Part shown: piece by piece, positions 14,405-23,752 of the stretch
Layout of the letters: each line of letters opens with the position of its first letter
Position numbering within the stretch: position 1 is the stretch's first letter
DNA from: a virus
Taxonomy: Duplodnaviria; Caudoviricetes
Direction: 5' to 3' (one strand)
DNA length: 26,335 bases
IMG/VR virus record: IMGVR_UViG_3300027899_000061
Coordinates: 1 to 26,335 of that record
Translations under genes and position numbers: made by a program
Notes under the pieces: model-generated
What the model was told of the DNA's origin: nothing
Database searches by the model: none
The model's input: only the letters and a program-made list of their open reading frames with translations

Positions 14405-14433
14405 ATTATAACGCAAGAAAGCTCAATAGTCAA
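14405..14433 (-). promoter_or_regulatory. sigma70-type early promoter
   Basis: TTGACT-17nt-TATAAT; -35 overlaps the upstream TGA. Confidence 0.85.
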
Positions 14434-14930
14434 CTATTTTTCTTGATCAGTTCAATCAAAGCTATGGCAATGTCATGATCTCCACGATCCAGTGCATCAT
14501 GGGCAGCAAGCTCAACAAAGTCGCGATCGTCTGCTGCCATATACCATTTCCCGTCTTGCCGCAGACAGTATGCGTACTCTTCACGGGGATGGCTCAGACA
14601 GTACATTTCAAAGTTCCAGTAGGTGTTGACCTGCAACTTCTCGCCGCGATCCCGTGTGTAGAACAAGCATTGATTGCCGTACTGCTCGTTGAACTCCAGG
14701 TACTCTGCACTGGCGTACTTACCAGGATTGGCAAACGGGCGCTGTACACCAATTTCAGGCTTGAGAACACTGATGCCACCGTGTGCGATCAGCGCGAGTG
14801 CTAGGTCCGGATCTGTGTAGTGTTCCAGCAGGATCTTGCCGTTGTTGGAAGGATAACCGTCAAAGTGGCAGTAGACCTGATGAACTGCACCGTCTGCGAG
14901 TTCAACTGCGATTGTGCTGCGTGTTGCCAT
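14430..14930 (-). CDS. hypothetical phage protein, 166 aa (MATRSTI...YCHFDGYP)
   Basis: AGGAG SD after promoter. Confidence 0.85.
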   Translation of the reverse strand: MATRSTIAVELADGAVHQVYCHFDGYPSNNGKILLEHYTDPDLALALIAHGGISVLKPEIGVQRPFANPGKYASAEYLEFNEQYGNQCLFYTRDRGEKLQVNTYWNFEMYCLSHPREEYAYCLRQDGKWYMAADDRDFVELAAHDALDRGDHDIAIALIELIKKNS

Positions 14931-14960
14931 TACCTACTCCTAGTGTGTTGTTGAGCTTGT

Positions 14961-14989
14961 ATTATACTCTCAAATCGAGGCAAAGTCGA
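14961..14989 (-). promoter_or_regulatory. sigma70-type early promoter
   Basis: TCGACT-17nt-TATAAT. Confidence 0.7.
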
Positions 14990-15158
14990 CCTTGGTTTCA
15001 CGAAAGCTTTCAAAAAGATAGCCTTCTTCCATGGCCAAGATCAACATATCCCCATTGCCAATAGCACGTTCGCCGTGGCAGTTGTTCATGATGTACTCAG
15101 CATACTCGTCGTCAAACTCATAACGATCCCAGCGCTGATCAAATTCTGCTTCGGTCAT
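14970..15158 (-). CDS. acidic hypothetical protein, 62 aa (MTEAEF...IGNGDMLI)
   Basis: GGAGG SD and ATGA overlap at 15155-15158. Confidence 0.8.
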   Translation of the reverse strand: MTEAEFDQRWDRYEFDDEYAEYIMNNCHGERAIGNGDMLILAMEEGYLFESFRETKVDFASI

Positions 15159-15328
15159 TTCACTTCCTCCCGTGTTACCCGCATACATTTGTCATTGACC
15201 CATTCCATCTTCACAGATTGGCAGGCACGGTCGCTACCCACCTGACTACCAATGTTAAACGAAGCCCAACACAAAATTACCGCAGTACCCACGAGAAAAA
15301 CGAGTTCTCCTACATCTCTATTATCCAT
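15155..15328 (-). CDS. small single-pass membrane protein, 57 aa
   Basis: manual translation MDNRDVGELVFLVGTAVILCWASF...; GGAG SD after promoter. Confidence 0.75.
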   Translation of the reverse strand: MDNRDVGELVFLVGTAVILCWASFNIGSQVGSDRACQSVKMEWVNDKCMRVTREEVK

Positions 15329-15355
15329 AACTTACTCCGTTGTTGCTGTAACTGT

Positions 15356-15384
15356 ATTATACGATCAAACGGCAGCCTTGTCAA
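15356..15384 (-). promoter_or_regulatory. sigma70-type early promoter
   Basis: TTGACA-17nt-TATAAT. Confidence 0.9.
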
Positions 15385-15781
15385 CTGCAAAGTAGTGATA
15401 GGGCAAGCCAATTAGATAGCACAGGTACTCATCGTCACCGTTGGAATCTTCAGCTTCGTGGATCCAGCGGAGTGCCATTGCACGATCCTTAGCACCAATC
15501 TCCATCAGCGACTTTACCCGCTCCTCGAACTTGTAAGCAGCAGTCTCCTCGTCAGCCCGACGCTGACTTGTGTTGACGATGATCACATGATGCAGAGCCT
15601 CAAACGCTTGGCTGAAGTCGGCTTCATCCCACCCAGAAGTGTCGATGCCGCGTGGACGAATGCCGTAAGCATCCTTGTACATGTCCCAGTAGATTGACTG
15701 GAGTTCTTCTTGGCGGGTAAGTTCTTGCATTTGGTTTCCTTGTTTCTTAATCACTGAGGTAGTGGTGCGTGTTGCAAGCAT
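15365..15781 (-). CDS. hypothetical phage protein (YWDMYKDAYGIRPR motif)
   Basis: ORF after promoter; alternative start MQEL at 15730. Confidence 0.85.
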   Translation of the reverse strand: MLATRTTTSVIKKQGNQMQELTRQEELQSIYWDMYKDAYGIRPRGIDTSGWDEADFSQAFEALHHVIIVNTSQRRADEETAAYKFEERVKSLMEIGAKDRAMALRWIHEAEDSNGDDEYLCYLIGLPYHYFAVDKAAV

Positions 15782-15812
15782 TTCTCATCTCCAAGTTAAT
15801 TACGATGCAGTA

Positions 15813-15841
15813 ATTATACTGCTATCCGGAATTTTGGTCAA
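15813..15841 (-). promoter_or_regulatory. sigma70-type early promoter
   Basis: TTGACC-17nt-TATAAT. Confidence 0.85.
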
Positions 15842-15848
15842 CTGGAGA

Positions 15849-16055
15849 TCAATGTAACGTGCGTGTTTCTAAATCCTGAATGCCAAAAAAGTTTAAGAGC
15901 TGTAGTACATTACCGTGTATATCAGAAGTTTCCAGGGTGTTTGAAAGTATGAGCAATTTCAACTGACCATGTTTGTCGACGACAAAAATATAGTCACTGG
16001 CATCCAGATTACTGGATAAATCTTCAGTTGTAATCACATCGGTAATGCCTGACAT
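15849..16055 (-). CDS. hypothetical protein, 68 aa
   Basis: GGAG SD. Confidence 0.75.
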   Translation of the reverse strand: MSGITDVITTEDLSSNLDASDYIFVVDKHGQLKLLILSNTLETSDIHGNVLQLLNFFGIQDLETRTLH

Positions 16056-16077
16056 AACGTATTACTCCACTATTACT

Positions 16078-16392
16078 TTATTTAAACATAATAAAGGCCA
16101 TGGCCATGGTCTGTCCAATAAATCCCACTCCAATGGTCACAATATTAAGCTGATCCTTGAGCAGTATGGCCCGAGCAAACAACAGAGACAGTGCAATATA
16201 GATAAACATCACAATGTCTAGACTGGGCGGCTTGTCGCTGAGTCCAGTAATCAGAGCCAAAATGCTGGGCACTGTGGACAGATGCAGGGTCACCGCGGTC
16301 AACCAGCCCAGGGTATCTGCTGTGAGTTTTTTCAAGTGATCAATAAAAAACTTACGAACCAACACATAGAAACGGAGAATTTGAGTATTCAT
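16078..16392 (-). CDS. three-helix membrane protein, possibly holin-like
   Basis: three hydrophobic stretches; immediately downstream of the cell wall hydrolase. Confidence 0.6.
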   Translation of the reverse strand: MNTQILRFYVLVRKFFIDHLKKLTADTLGWLTAVTLHLSTVPSILALITGLSDKPPSLDIVMFIYIALSLLFARAILLKDQLNIVTIGVGFIGQTMAMAFIMFK

Positions 16393-16394
16393 GA

Positions 16395-16970
16395 TTAACC
16401 TTTATAAAAAATGTGACGACCAATTTGGACAATTTTTTCCTTGCGCCAGCCCGGATTAACATAGTCGGCGTGATAGTAGATGGCGTTGCTCAGGCTGGGT
16501 AATCTAAAATGTTCCAGCAAAACTTTTTTCGCAACTTCTTCACTTTCAGCATAGAGCTTGGGGTGTATGGGACGAATTTTGACAGCAGCGTCACAGACCC
16601 AGCTAAACTGGCAGATCACTTTTTCATAGAACACATTCTTTTGATATACCACACCACAGACACCGTTGCCAAACATGCCAGCCTCGACTCGGTTCAGAGT
16701 TACCTGTGCCACTGCAACCTTGCCCTCAAAGGGCTCCGAAGCGGCTTCCCAGTAGATGTTGCGTGACAGACACTCTAACTGCCGTGTACGTTCAGCGGCG
16801 GTGGCTATGACTGGCCCACGCGCAGTGTTTTCCAACTGCAACCGTTGCAGTTTATCTTTGGTGACATTAGTTATCAAAAATGCCGCCAGGACCGCGCAGG
16901 TCAGTATCATTACACTTTGAATTGATCTAATCAGCGCTCGATAATATCGATTGGACATAGATTGTATCAT
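16395..16970 (-). CDS. SleB/CwlJ-like (Hydrolase_2) cell wall hydrolase with N-terminal membrane anchor
   Basis: CLSRNIYWEAASE...AVAQVTLNRV...QFSW...YYHADYVNP.W...IGRHIFY. Confidence 0.9.
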   Translation of the reverse strand: MIQSMSNRYYRALIRSIQSVMILTCAVLAAFLITNVTKDKLQRLQLENTARGPVIATAAERTRQLECLSRNIYWEAASEPFEGKVAVAQVTLNRVEAGMFGNGVCGVVYQKNVFYEKVICQFSWVCDAAVKIRPIHPKLYAESEEVAKKVLLEHFRLPSLSNAIYYHADYVNPGWRKEKIVQIGRHIFYKG

Positions 16971-17004
16971 AAGTTTTTTCCTTTTTAAAAAAATGGCACC
17001 AGTG

Positions 17005-17052
17005 GCCGTTGCTCTCCAACGGCATTGTACGCTGAATGCTAATTTAACGCAA
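17005..17052 (-). promoter_or_regulatory. putative promoter plus 7-bp inverted repeat upstream of the hydrolase
   Basis: TTGCGT-17nt-TACAAT (17052-17024); GCCGTTG-N5-CAACGGC (17005-17023). Confidence 0.45.
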
Positions 17053-17057
17053 TACTA

Positions 17058-19148
17058 TTATAGTAGCCCAGTGATTCTGGATCCAGCATTGGCCAAGATC
17101 TGATTGTTCTTGGCCAGGGCCAGCACTGTTCTTGCTACTTCACCTGCGGTGTTTGGCTGACTGATGCCATAGAGCATATAGTCTGTGCCCACATCCTGCG
17201 GATCTTCTGCATAGTACTGCATACTGGAAACAAAATTCCAGTATTGCGAATTATCACTGTAGGTGTCTATGCTTATGTTGGCCTTGGTCCAATTTTTATT
17301 TTCCCAATATAAGTTTTGACAACACCAGAGATAATTTGAATTAATCTGCTCCACGATCGCTGGCATCTCCCCAGAAGTATCGTTGGCAATGATATTTACC
17401 AGATTTAGATACTGTGTTTTTTTCTCTTGGAGTTTTACCTCCCAGTAATCCTGACCATTCACTGGCACAAATGCGTTTGCTGTGTTTATTTCACTCTGCG
17501 ACAGTGGATGCCTACCACGGAATCTGCTGATCTCACTCAGCACATCCCTTAGCTGAATTCCATAATCAGTGGCATACAAACGCGCAATGGCTCGATTCAC
17601 TGATCGAACTCCCTCGATTATATAACCACTGGCCATGCCTATCACATTGATCAAACTCACTGGCCCCTGATCCTTGCCCAGTGGCAATTGCGATCGCAGA
17701 TCATCGATGATGGACTGACTGATCAGCGTGGTCGTATTTCCAGACAATGCTTCCACATTAGCAGTCACCGATGCTTCTACGTTTTCAATGAGTTCAGCCA
17801 GAGCCTGCCCGGTGGTAAATATAGCGTTGATCATCTTGGGATAGATGTCTCGTCCAAATGATTCAAAACTGCGGAAATTTCCATCAATGGGCAACTGTCC
17901 CGAACACAGATACATATCAGTGTAGTCGTAGGCGGAACCAATATTTTTAACATTGGTGTGCAATACCTCCTGAATGACTGCAAGACTATTTCTATTGTTT
18001 ACATTTTTAAGAATTTCTGAGATCACCGGAGTGTAGATGGGGTCGTATATGTTCTCATCAGTGATACCAGCAGCTCGCACAGCCACAGTTATCTTGGCTG
18101 TTGCGCCAAGGTTGTTATCCAACAATGACTTAAGAACAGCATTGGGGGTGCCAAACATACCCGATGGGATGGTCTGGACCAGGACCCCAATATTACGCAG
18201 CGCACTGGTCAAACATATACCTGGTTTATATTTGTCAAATCCCTGTGTAATTAGATCAGAAAAACTGGATGCACCATAATATCCAAGTGTGGTATTTTCT
18301 GCCTTTTTCAATGCCGACAGGTAGGCATTGGAGGTGGTGACCCAGCCCAGTGCTTGGTTAAATGAATTTAAAAAGAATTTGTTATCCCAGAGTGTGACAT
18401 TAGCACTGGTACCGCTCAATCGCTGCAACTGTAAATCCACATAGTAAATAAAATTACCCTGAAGATCGGTAAACGTGTCAGGCATGACCCCGGTCAGGGC
18501 AGGTATTGCGGTATTTGCACCAAATGTGCACTTGGTGGGATCACGGTAATATGTTCTAAAATAGCCTTCGCAGAAAGGTACAATTGCAACCAGGACAGTC
18601 CCTGGATCACTCAGATATTCCTCTAGAGATATAATATCCCCCACATTTCGATAGTTCCCACCAGCAGGACCAGCAGTCATTATGCGAACACGATAACTAC
18701 CGTTGGACAACGACATGGCCACCATGTTGCCCAGTGAGCTCAGTGATCCAGAATAAACTCCACTATTTGGTGCAAATTGGTTGCCTGGATAGTAAGACGT
18801 TGGCTCCACTGAACTTAGACTGCTTGATCCCCAGCCATAACCATTAGGGACGCTGCGATCGTAGTAGGAATTAAAAAAATCAGTGCCAGGCCCCCGGTAA
18901 CCACCGGCCAAGGACCCCAGCTGGCCCGCTAACCCAGCGAAGGCACCAGATATAGCATCAGATATAGATCCAACCAAATCTCCCAACGGTGAATTACCTG
19001 GTGGGCCTGATCCCGGGCCAGTACTCTCACTGCCGCTGTCAATGGAGCAGAATTTGGAGTTTAAAAAATGTTCATGGCCAATGCGCCGGGTATCCAGTCG
19101 CAAGCTGGACGTAACTGTGGGCTCGTTGAAAAAGTTTGAATTTATCAT
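17058..19148 (-). CDS. large hypothetical protein, 696 aa, possibly virion structural
   Basis: long ORF, Gly/Ser-rich N-terminus, downstream of PAAR. Confidence 0.8.
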   Translation of the reverse strand: MINSNFFNEPTVTSSLRLDTRRIGHEHFLNSKFCSIDSGSESTGPGSGPPGNSPLGDLVGSISDAISGAFAGLAGQLGSLAGGYRGPGTDFFNSYYDRSVPNGYGWGSSSLSSVEPTSYYPGNQFAPNSGVYSGSLSSLGNMVAMSLSNGSYRVRIMTAGPAGGNYRNVGDIISLEEYLSDPGTVLVAIVPFCEGYFRTYYRDPTKCTFGANTAIPALTGVMPDTFTDLQGNFIYYVDLQLQRLSGTSANVTLWDNKFFLNSFNQALGWVTTSNAYLSALKKAENTTLGYYGASSFSDLITQGFDKYKPGICLTSALRNIGVLVQTIPSGMFGTPNAVLKSLLDNNLGATAKITVAVRAAGITDENIYDPIYTPVISEILKNVNNRNSLAVIQEVLHTNVKNIGSAYDYTDMYLCSGQLPIDGNFRSFESFGRDIYPKMINAIFTTGQALAELIENVEASVTANVEALSGNTTTLISQSIIDDLRSQLPLGKDQGPVSLINVIGMASGYIIEGVRSVNRAIARLYATDYGIQLRDVLSEISRFRGRHPLSQSEINTANAFVPVNGQDYWEVKLQEKKTQYLNLVNIIANDTSGEMPAIVEQINSNYLWCCQNLYWENKNWTKANISIDTYSDNSQYWNFVSSMQYYAEDPQDVGTDYMLYGISQPNTAGEVARTVLALAKNNQILANAGSRITGLL

Positions 19149-19723
19149 GCGGACATCATGCCACTGGTATCAGCTGGGTCCGGAGTTGTATCTGGGCTAT
19201 TGCTTGGGTCATTATAGCAACCAGATAATGATTTTGAACAAGGGCCATCTCTGCCATCAAATCCCAGCCCATCGCGGCCACCGCCACCATAGGCTATGGA
19301 TCCACTCATCACAGGGGGCCCATAATATGCATAAGTCCCCTTGGCCAGGGTAATGGCATCAAACACAGTGGTCAGAGTGCCTATGGCCACTGTTTCCGTG
19401 CGATCTACGTCGTCCCCGCAATCCACAGCATCTCTGATGATATAGACCTGTTCCCCATTTAAAATAAATGCATCGCCCTGAGCGGCAGAAATATTCCTTA
19501 CTAGATTGGGAGTGCCGGGTATGCCAGTCAGTGGATCAAATTCCAGAGGGCTCAGTGGCTCGCTACTGGCAAACTCCTTCATTGCTGTTAGAAATTCCGA
19601 ATTAACACCAAACGGTGACGGATTACCTTTTATCATGTAATCAATTAGAGTTAATTGCAGCGGGCTGAGACCGCTGAGAGTTTCATTGGGTATGTTGCCT
19701 TTATACGAATTTGGAATTGACAT
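19145..19723 (-). CDS. hypothetical protein, 192 aa, possibly virion-associated
   Basis: directly after PAAR; ATGA overlap with the next gene. Confidence 0.75.
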   Translation of the reverse strand: MSIPNSYKGNIPNETLSGLSPLQLTLIDYMIKGNPSPFGVNSEFLTAMKEFASSEPLSPLEFDPLTGIPGTPNLVRNISAAQGDAFILNGEQVYIIRDAVDCGDDVDRTETVAIGTLTTVFDAITLAKGTYAYYGPPVMSGSIAYGGGGRDGLGFDGRDGPCSKSLSGCYNDPSNSPDTTPDPADTSGMMSA

Positions 19724-19725
19724 GG

Positions 19726-20025
19726 TTAATCCCTTTTACCAAAAAACACATTAAAACTAGATGTTGCAACTTTGTGTCCACATTTTCCCACCCCAGAACG
19801 TGTGATGGGAATTTGCCCGTTGACTATCACACCATAGGGATTATCAAAAGTGGGTCCACCGCAATGTGTGGGCGGACATTTTTTAGCGCCGCAGCAGGGA
19901 TGTGCAGTATATCGAACACCAGATAGCGCCACCTTGCGCCCATTTACAAATACGTTAGAACTCACCGGACTGGTCAAAACACCGCCGGGCCCTAAAATGT
20001 CACCTTGTCTTGCTGCTCCTGGCAT
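19726..20025 (-). CDS. PAAR-domain tail spike tip protein
   Basis: GAARQGD, S.NVFVNGR.VA, V.VNG.IP.R.G...CGH, S.NVF; His/Cys metal ligands. Confidence 0.9.
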   Translation of the reverse strand: MPGAARQGDILGPGGVLTSPVSSNVFVNGRKVALSGVRYTAHPCCGAKKCPPTHCGGPTFDNPYGVIVNGQIPITRSGVGKCGHKVATSSFNVFFGKRD

Positions 20026-20036
20026 TCACATCCGCC

Positions 20037-20348
20037 TTAAATTATAATGGGACCTTTACTCACAGTCTGTATACCAGTGGTAGTCTGAATGTAATGATCC
20101 TCGAGCTGTTTGATCACAGGAGAATGCATCATCACATGCTCCTGTCTAATCTCTACATCCTTATTTATGTCCGCAGAAAACAGACTTTGCATGAGGCCCA
20201 GCCCCTGCGGACTGGGAATAACAGTGCATGGGCGGTGTACCTTCCAACCAGTGGGCTCAGACTGCACTATTTTAGCAACAACTTCATCACCATTAACTAA
20301 CTTGAAACATACAATGTCTCCTGTATTGTAGGCTTTAGATAATAACAT
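20037..20348 (-). CDS. hypothetical phage protein, possible Sm-like fold, 103 aa
   Basis: GDIVCFKLVNGDEVVAKI beta pattern. Confidence 0.7.
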   Translation of the reverse strand: MLLSKAYNTGDIVCFKLVNGDEVVAKIVQSEPTGWKVHRPCTVIPSPQGLGLMQSLFSADINKDVEIRQEHVMMHSPVIKQLEDHYIQTTTGIQTVSKGPIII

Positions 20349-20589
20349 TTAATTTTTCCTTTAATTGATTTTCAGATAATTTAGCAAGACCCTGGAAGCC
20401 ACCTTCGACAAAAAGTTTTCCATTATGATAGATCTGTGGCACCGATCGGTGTCCTGCCCCCAACATAAATTGACGAGCTTCAGGCACTTCGTCTACTTTG
20501 ATTTCTTCAAACTGAATGTTTTTAGATTTAAGTAGATTTTTTGCCTGTGTGCAATGTGGACAATTGTTTTTAGAATATATAGTTAACAT
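20335..20589 (-). CDS. glutaredoxin
   Basis: YSKNNCPHC, RSVPQI, GGF; near RNR genes. Confidence 0.95.
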   Translation of the reverse strand: MLTIYSKNNCPHCTQAKNLLKSKNIQFEEIKVDEVPEARQFMLGAGHRSVPQIYHNGKLFVEGGFQGLAKLSENQLKEKLNVII

Positions 20590-20607
20590 TTTTCTTTCTT
20601 GATTTTG

Positions 20608-21042
20608 TTATTCACACCAACTTTTTTTTGCATCTCCGTAATATTCACGGGCGAATCCATTGGATATCAGCGCAGCTCTAAGGCTCTGCCCGTTTAATAA
20701 TAAATCGCCCAGTACGCGACCACCAAATTTATCCCAATCATACAGTACAACTTGATGAGTCTGTGTAGTGGCTACTGCATTTTTAGTAAATGCCGACGCC
20801 GCCTGACCACGTTGTTCCTCCATGGGGCACTTGGCACGAAATCCTTTTTCAGGAGTATCAACTCCGAAAATCCGAACAGCCAATTCTGGCTTTAATGGTC
20901 TGGGAAGAAATGGTGCTGCAATTACTATAGTATCCCCATCATTGACTCTGACAATTCGTGCATCATAGGTCACACCCTGAGGTGTTTTCTGTGCCAGCGC
21001 CAGGGCCGGGATCATGGCCAATAATATCAATAGTTTTTTCAT
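20608..21042 (-). CDS. SNase-like thermonuclease with signal peptide
   Basis: RVNDGDT, VRIFGVDTPE, DKFGGRVLG, LISNGFA; start MKKLLILL. Confidence 0.9.
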   Translation of the reverse strand: MKKLLILLAMIPALALAQKTPQGVTYDARIVRVNDGDTIVIAAPFLPRPLKPELAVRIFGVDTPEKGFRAKCPMEEQRGQAASAFTKNAVATTQTHQVVLYDWDKFGGRVLGDLLLNGQSLRAALISNGFAREYYGDAKKSWCE

Positions 21043-21644
21043 TTGGTGCTCTTTGCGGGTGTTGCCAGCGGATTTGGTGCCGCAACTGGGTGTTTCACAC
21101 ATGCTTCACGATTGCCCTGCCCAGCCTCGGTTAAAAATTCTGTTCCCTTAGTCAGTTGGCCAATTGGGCAACTGCACGTTGCAGTAATGGTACCGTTGGT
21201 GAGATTTTTATCGTACTTACACATCATCCCCCAGCAGTTGGTAGAGCCTTGGGCCAATTCACCAGAACATGATTGAACTTTTGCCTTGGTGTTGCTAGGC
21301 GGGACTCGCTTAAATTCGTTAGCCTCTTGTGGATAATGGAACCCTTCAATTAATCGAGGTGCGAACAAGCTCCATACCTGTGTGGTGGGATCAGCCACGT
21401 TGCAGCTTCCTTTCATTACTCCGGCAGTCAAATCGGCAATACTGGGCCCCTCTAATACCGGGCATTTACATACAACTTCGGGGTAAGTTTGACCATTGTT
21501 AGTGGTAATAGTTTTTCCAGTTTTGGTGCAGGTGCTAGCTGCACACAATGCAAATTTACCCTGGCATATGGTTAAAGTTTCCTGTGCATACGCATGGTTT
21601 ATATTGAATAATATAACCAGCGCCAATAATAATTTTTTCATCAT
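21039..21644 (-). CDS. secreted Cys-rich protein, 201 aa
   Basis: signal peptide ending AYA; 12 Cys in two similar halves. Confidence 0.8.
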   Translation of the reverse strand: MMKKLLLALVILFNINHAYAQETLTICQGKFALCAASTCTKTGKTITTNNGQTYPEVVCKCPVLEGPSIADLTAGVMKGSCNVADPTTQVWSLFAPRLIEGFHYPQEANEFKRVPPSNTKAKVQSCSGELAQGSTNCWGMMCKYDKNLTNGTITATCSCPIGQLTKGTEFLTEAGQGNREACVKHPVAAPNPLATPAKSTK

Positions 21645-21653
21645 AATTCCTGT

Positions 21654-22763
21654 TTAAATTAAAGGTAGTTCTTCATAATTGAGCTCGTCACTCATGACAC
21701 CAAGCACGTAGTTAGTTGATTCACTTTCCTGTAGTGCTGTTTGTTTTTTGCTGGTATCACTATGCTTGTTAAACCACGGGATGGGGGTAGTCTTGGGAGC
21801 ATGCCCCCAATATTTGATCCCAATTTCTTTAAGAGCGCCCACTGCGGTAAAATCAACAAAATCACACAATATGTTAGCGTTAAGTCCAATGACTGGGCCT
21901 TTCTTGAACAAATATCGTGCCCATTCTTTTTCTTCACGAATAACGTCTGCATATAATGCCGTTACCTCAGCTTCACATTCAGCTTTTGCTTTGGCAAAGC
22001 GTGAATCTTCTTTGACCACCTGATTGATTAGATATGCAGTCCAGCCTTTATGCAATAACTCATCTTGTAGAATCAAGCTAATGATATTGCCATTGCCGAT
22101 AAAGATTTTGTTTTCAACCATGGCCAAACTAGTGGCAAATGATACCATAAAACGGAATGCTTCTAATGCATAGCTGGCATTCAACGCCATCCAAATAGCT
22201 TTAATATGTTTTTCTTCTGGGCAGTTATTTGGATCGTCATCTGTTTCTTTAATACAATTTAATAGGTGTAGGTCATCATAGTACTTGCCCACACTACTTG
22301 CCATGTCCACGATTTCTTTTGTGTCATGAATTGTGTTAAACACATCCTTGGGCACGTTGTAAATATTGCGAATGATATGACTGTAGCTTTTACTATGTAT
22401 GTTAGTTTCAAAGAAGCCCCAGTTATACATCAGTGCTTCTACTTCTGGCAAGCTGCACACTGGTGTGAATACTTGAGTTGGTCCGCGTCCTTGTAGACTA
22501 TCTAGTGCAGTTTGACGCAATAAATTACTAGTAAAAATATGCTTAACTGCATCACTGGATTCTTTGAAGTCGTTGGAGTCTTTGGTAAGACTAATTTCTT
22601 CAGGTTGCCAGAAAAAACCACGTGCAGTAGCTTCAAAGTCTGCAATTTTTTTATACTTGACTTCTTCAAAACGTTGAATGGTCACTGGGCCTGCTGGGTC
22701 CAGAAACATTTTACGACTTAAATAATCAGTTTTGGTGGAGAGATTGTATTGTTCAGTACTCAT
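21654..22763 (-). CDS. nrdB: class Ia ribonucleotide reductase beta subunit
   Basis: FFWQPEE, LDSLQG, ETNIHSKSY (radical Tyr), LEAFRFMVSF, DELLH. Confidence 0.97.
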   Translation of the reverse strand: MSTEQYNLSTKTDYLSRKMFLDPAGPVTIQRFEEVKYKKIADFEATARGFFWQPEEISLTKDSNDFKESSDAVKHIFTSNLLRQTALDSLQGRGPTQVFTPVCSLPEVEALMYNWGFFETNIHSKSYSHIIRNIYNVPKDVFNTIHDTKEIVDMASSVGKYYDDLHLLNCIKETDDDPNNCPEEKHIKAIWMALNASYALEAFRFMVSFATSLAMVENKIFIGNGNIISLILQDELLHKGWTAYLINQVVKEDSRFAKAKAECEAEVTALYADVIREEKEWARYLFKKGPVIGLNANILCDFVDFTAVGALKEIGIKYWGHAPKTTPIPWFNKHSDTSKKQTALQESESTNYVLGVMSDELNYEELPLI

Positions 22764-23053
22764 TTTTTAAAATATTTATTTATTAGTTTAATCCCAAGAT
22801 ACGTACCCAACACTGTGGTCATTACTTTGACCACGGTGATCCATGTATCGCTATTTTCTATAGCAGCGCTTATGCCAAATGCAGTCACGCTCATGCTTAC
22901 CATTGGTTGTCCATTAATAGTCAAACTAGGCCCAGCATCTACATCTGACATGGTGTATAGCATAGTATATAGGTCGTACAGATTAATTGCAACTATATAA
23001 GCCACTATACCCAACAATAAGCATATTACTATTTTTTTATAAGGCGTCTTCAT
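22760..23053 (-). CDS. hypothetical membrane protein, 97 aa
   Basis: hydrophobic helices; ATGA overlaps at both ends. Confidence 0.7.
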   Translation of the reverse strand: MKTPYKKIVICLLLGIVAYIVAINLYDLYTMLYTMSDVDAGPSLTINGQPMVSMSVTAFGISAAIENSDTWITVVKVMTTVLGTYLGIKLINKYFKK

Positions 23054-23370
23054 ACTCTGAAACTTTCCCCGCATCCGCAGCGATCTCGCTCATTGGGGTT
23101 ATTAAATTTAAACCCCACATTTAATCCGCTTCGTACATAATCAACAATCATACCAGTCAAATATACTTGACTTTTTGGATCAATGAAGATTTTACATTGG
23201 TTGGTTTCAAAACATTGATCATCGGTGCTTACTTGGTCTACGTACTCAAGTACATAGGCTAATCCGCTGCACCCAGTGGTTTTAACTCCAATTTTAAGAC
23301 CAACTCCTTTGCCCCTACGTTCTAACTGTCGCAGTACTTTCGCGGCTGCTTGATCAGTTAACGTGATCAT
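23050..23370 (-). CDS. iscA: A-type Fe-S carrier IscA
   Basis: [18 protein letters not shown]...RCGCGESF. Confidence 0.93.
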   Translation of the reverse strand: MITLTDQAAAKVLRQLERRGKGVGLKIGVKTTGCSGLAYVLEYVDQVSTDDQCFETNQCKIFIDPKSQVYLTGMIVDYVRSGLNVGFKFNNPNERDRCGCGESFRV

Positions 23371-23743
23371 GATGTTTGGACTTATAGTCTGCCACTGCGG
23401 CTTTTATTGCATCCTCGGCAAGGATTGAGCAATGTATTTTGACAGGTGGAAGAGCTAACTCTTCGGCGATATCACTGTTTTTAAGAACTGACGCCTGGTC
23501 AATGTGCATACCTTTGACCCACTCTGTGACAAGACTTGAGCTTGCAATGGCCGAACCACATCCATATGTTTTAAATCTTGCATCTGTGATAATACCATTT
23601 TCATCTACCTTTATTTGTAATTTCATTACGTCACCGCAGGCTGGGGCTCCTACCATGCCTGTACCCACAGTATCATCAATGTCAAATTTTCCTACATTGC
23701 GCGGATTTTCGCAATGATCAATAACTTTTTCTGAATAGGCCAT
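23354..23743 (-). CDS. iscU: Fe-S scaffold IscU
   Basis: [28 protein letters not shown]. Confidence 0.96.
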   Translation of the reverse strand: MAYSEKVIDHCENPRNVGKFDIDDTVGTGMVGAPACGDVMKLQIKVDENGIITDARFKTYGCGSAIASSSLVTEWVKGMHIDQASVLKNSDIAEELALPPVKIHCSILAEDAIKAAVADYKSKHHDHVN

Positions 23744-23752
23744 GATATTCCT

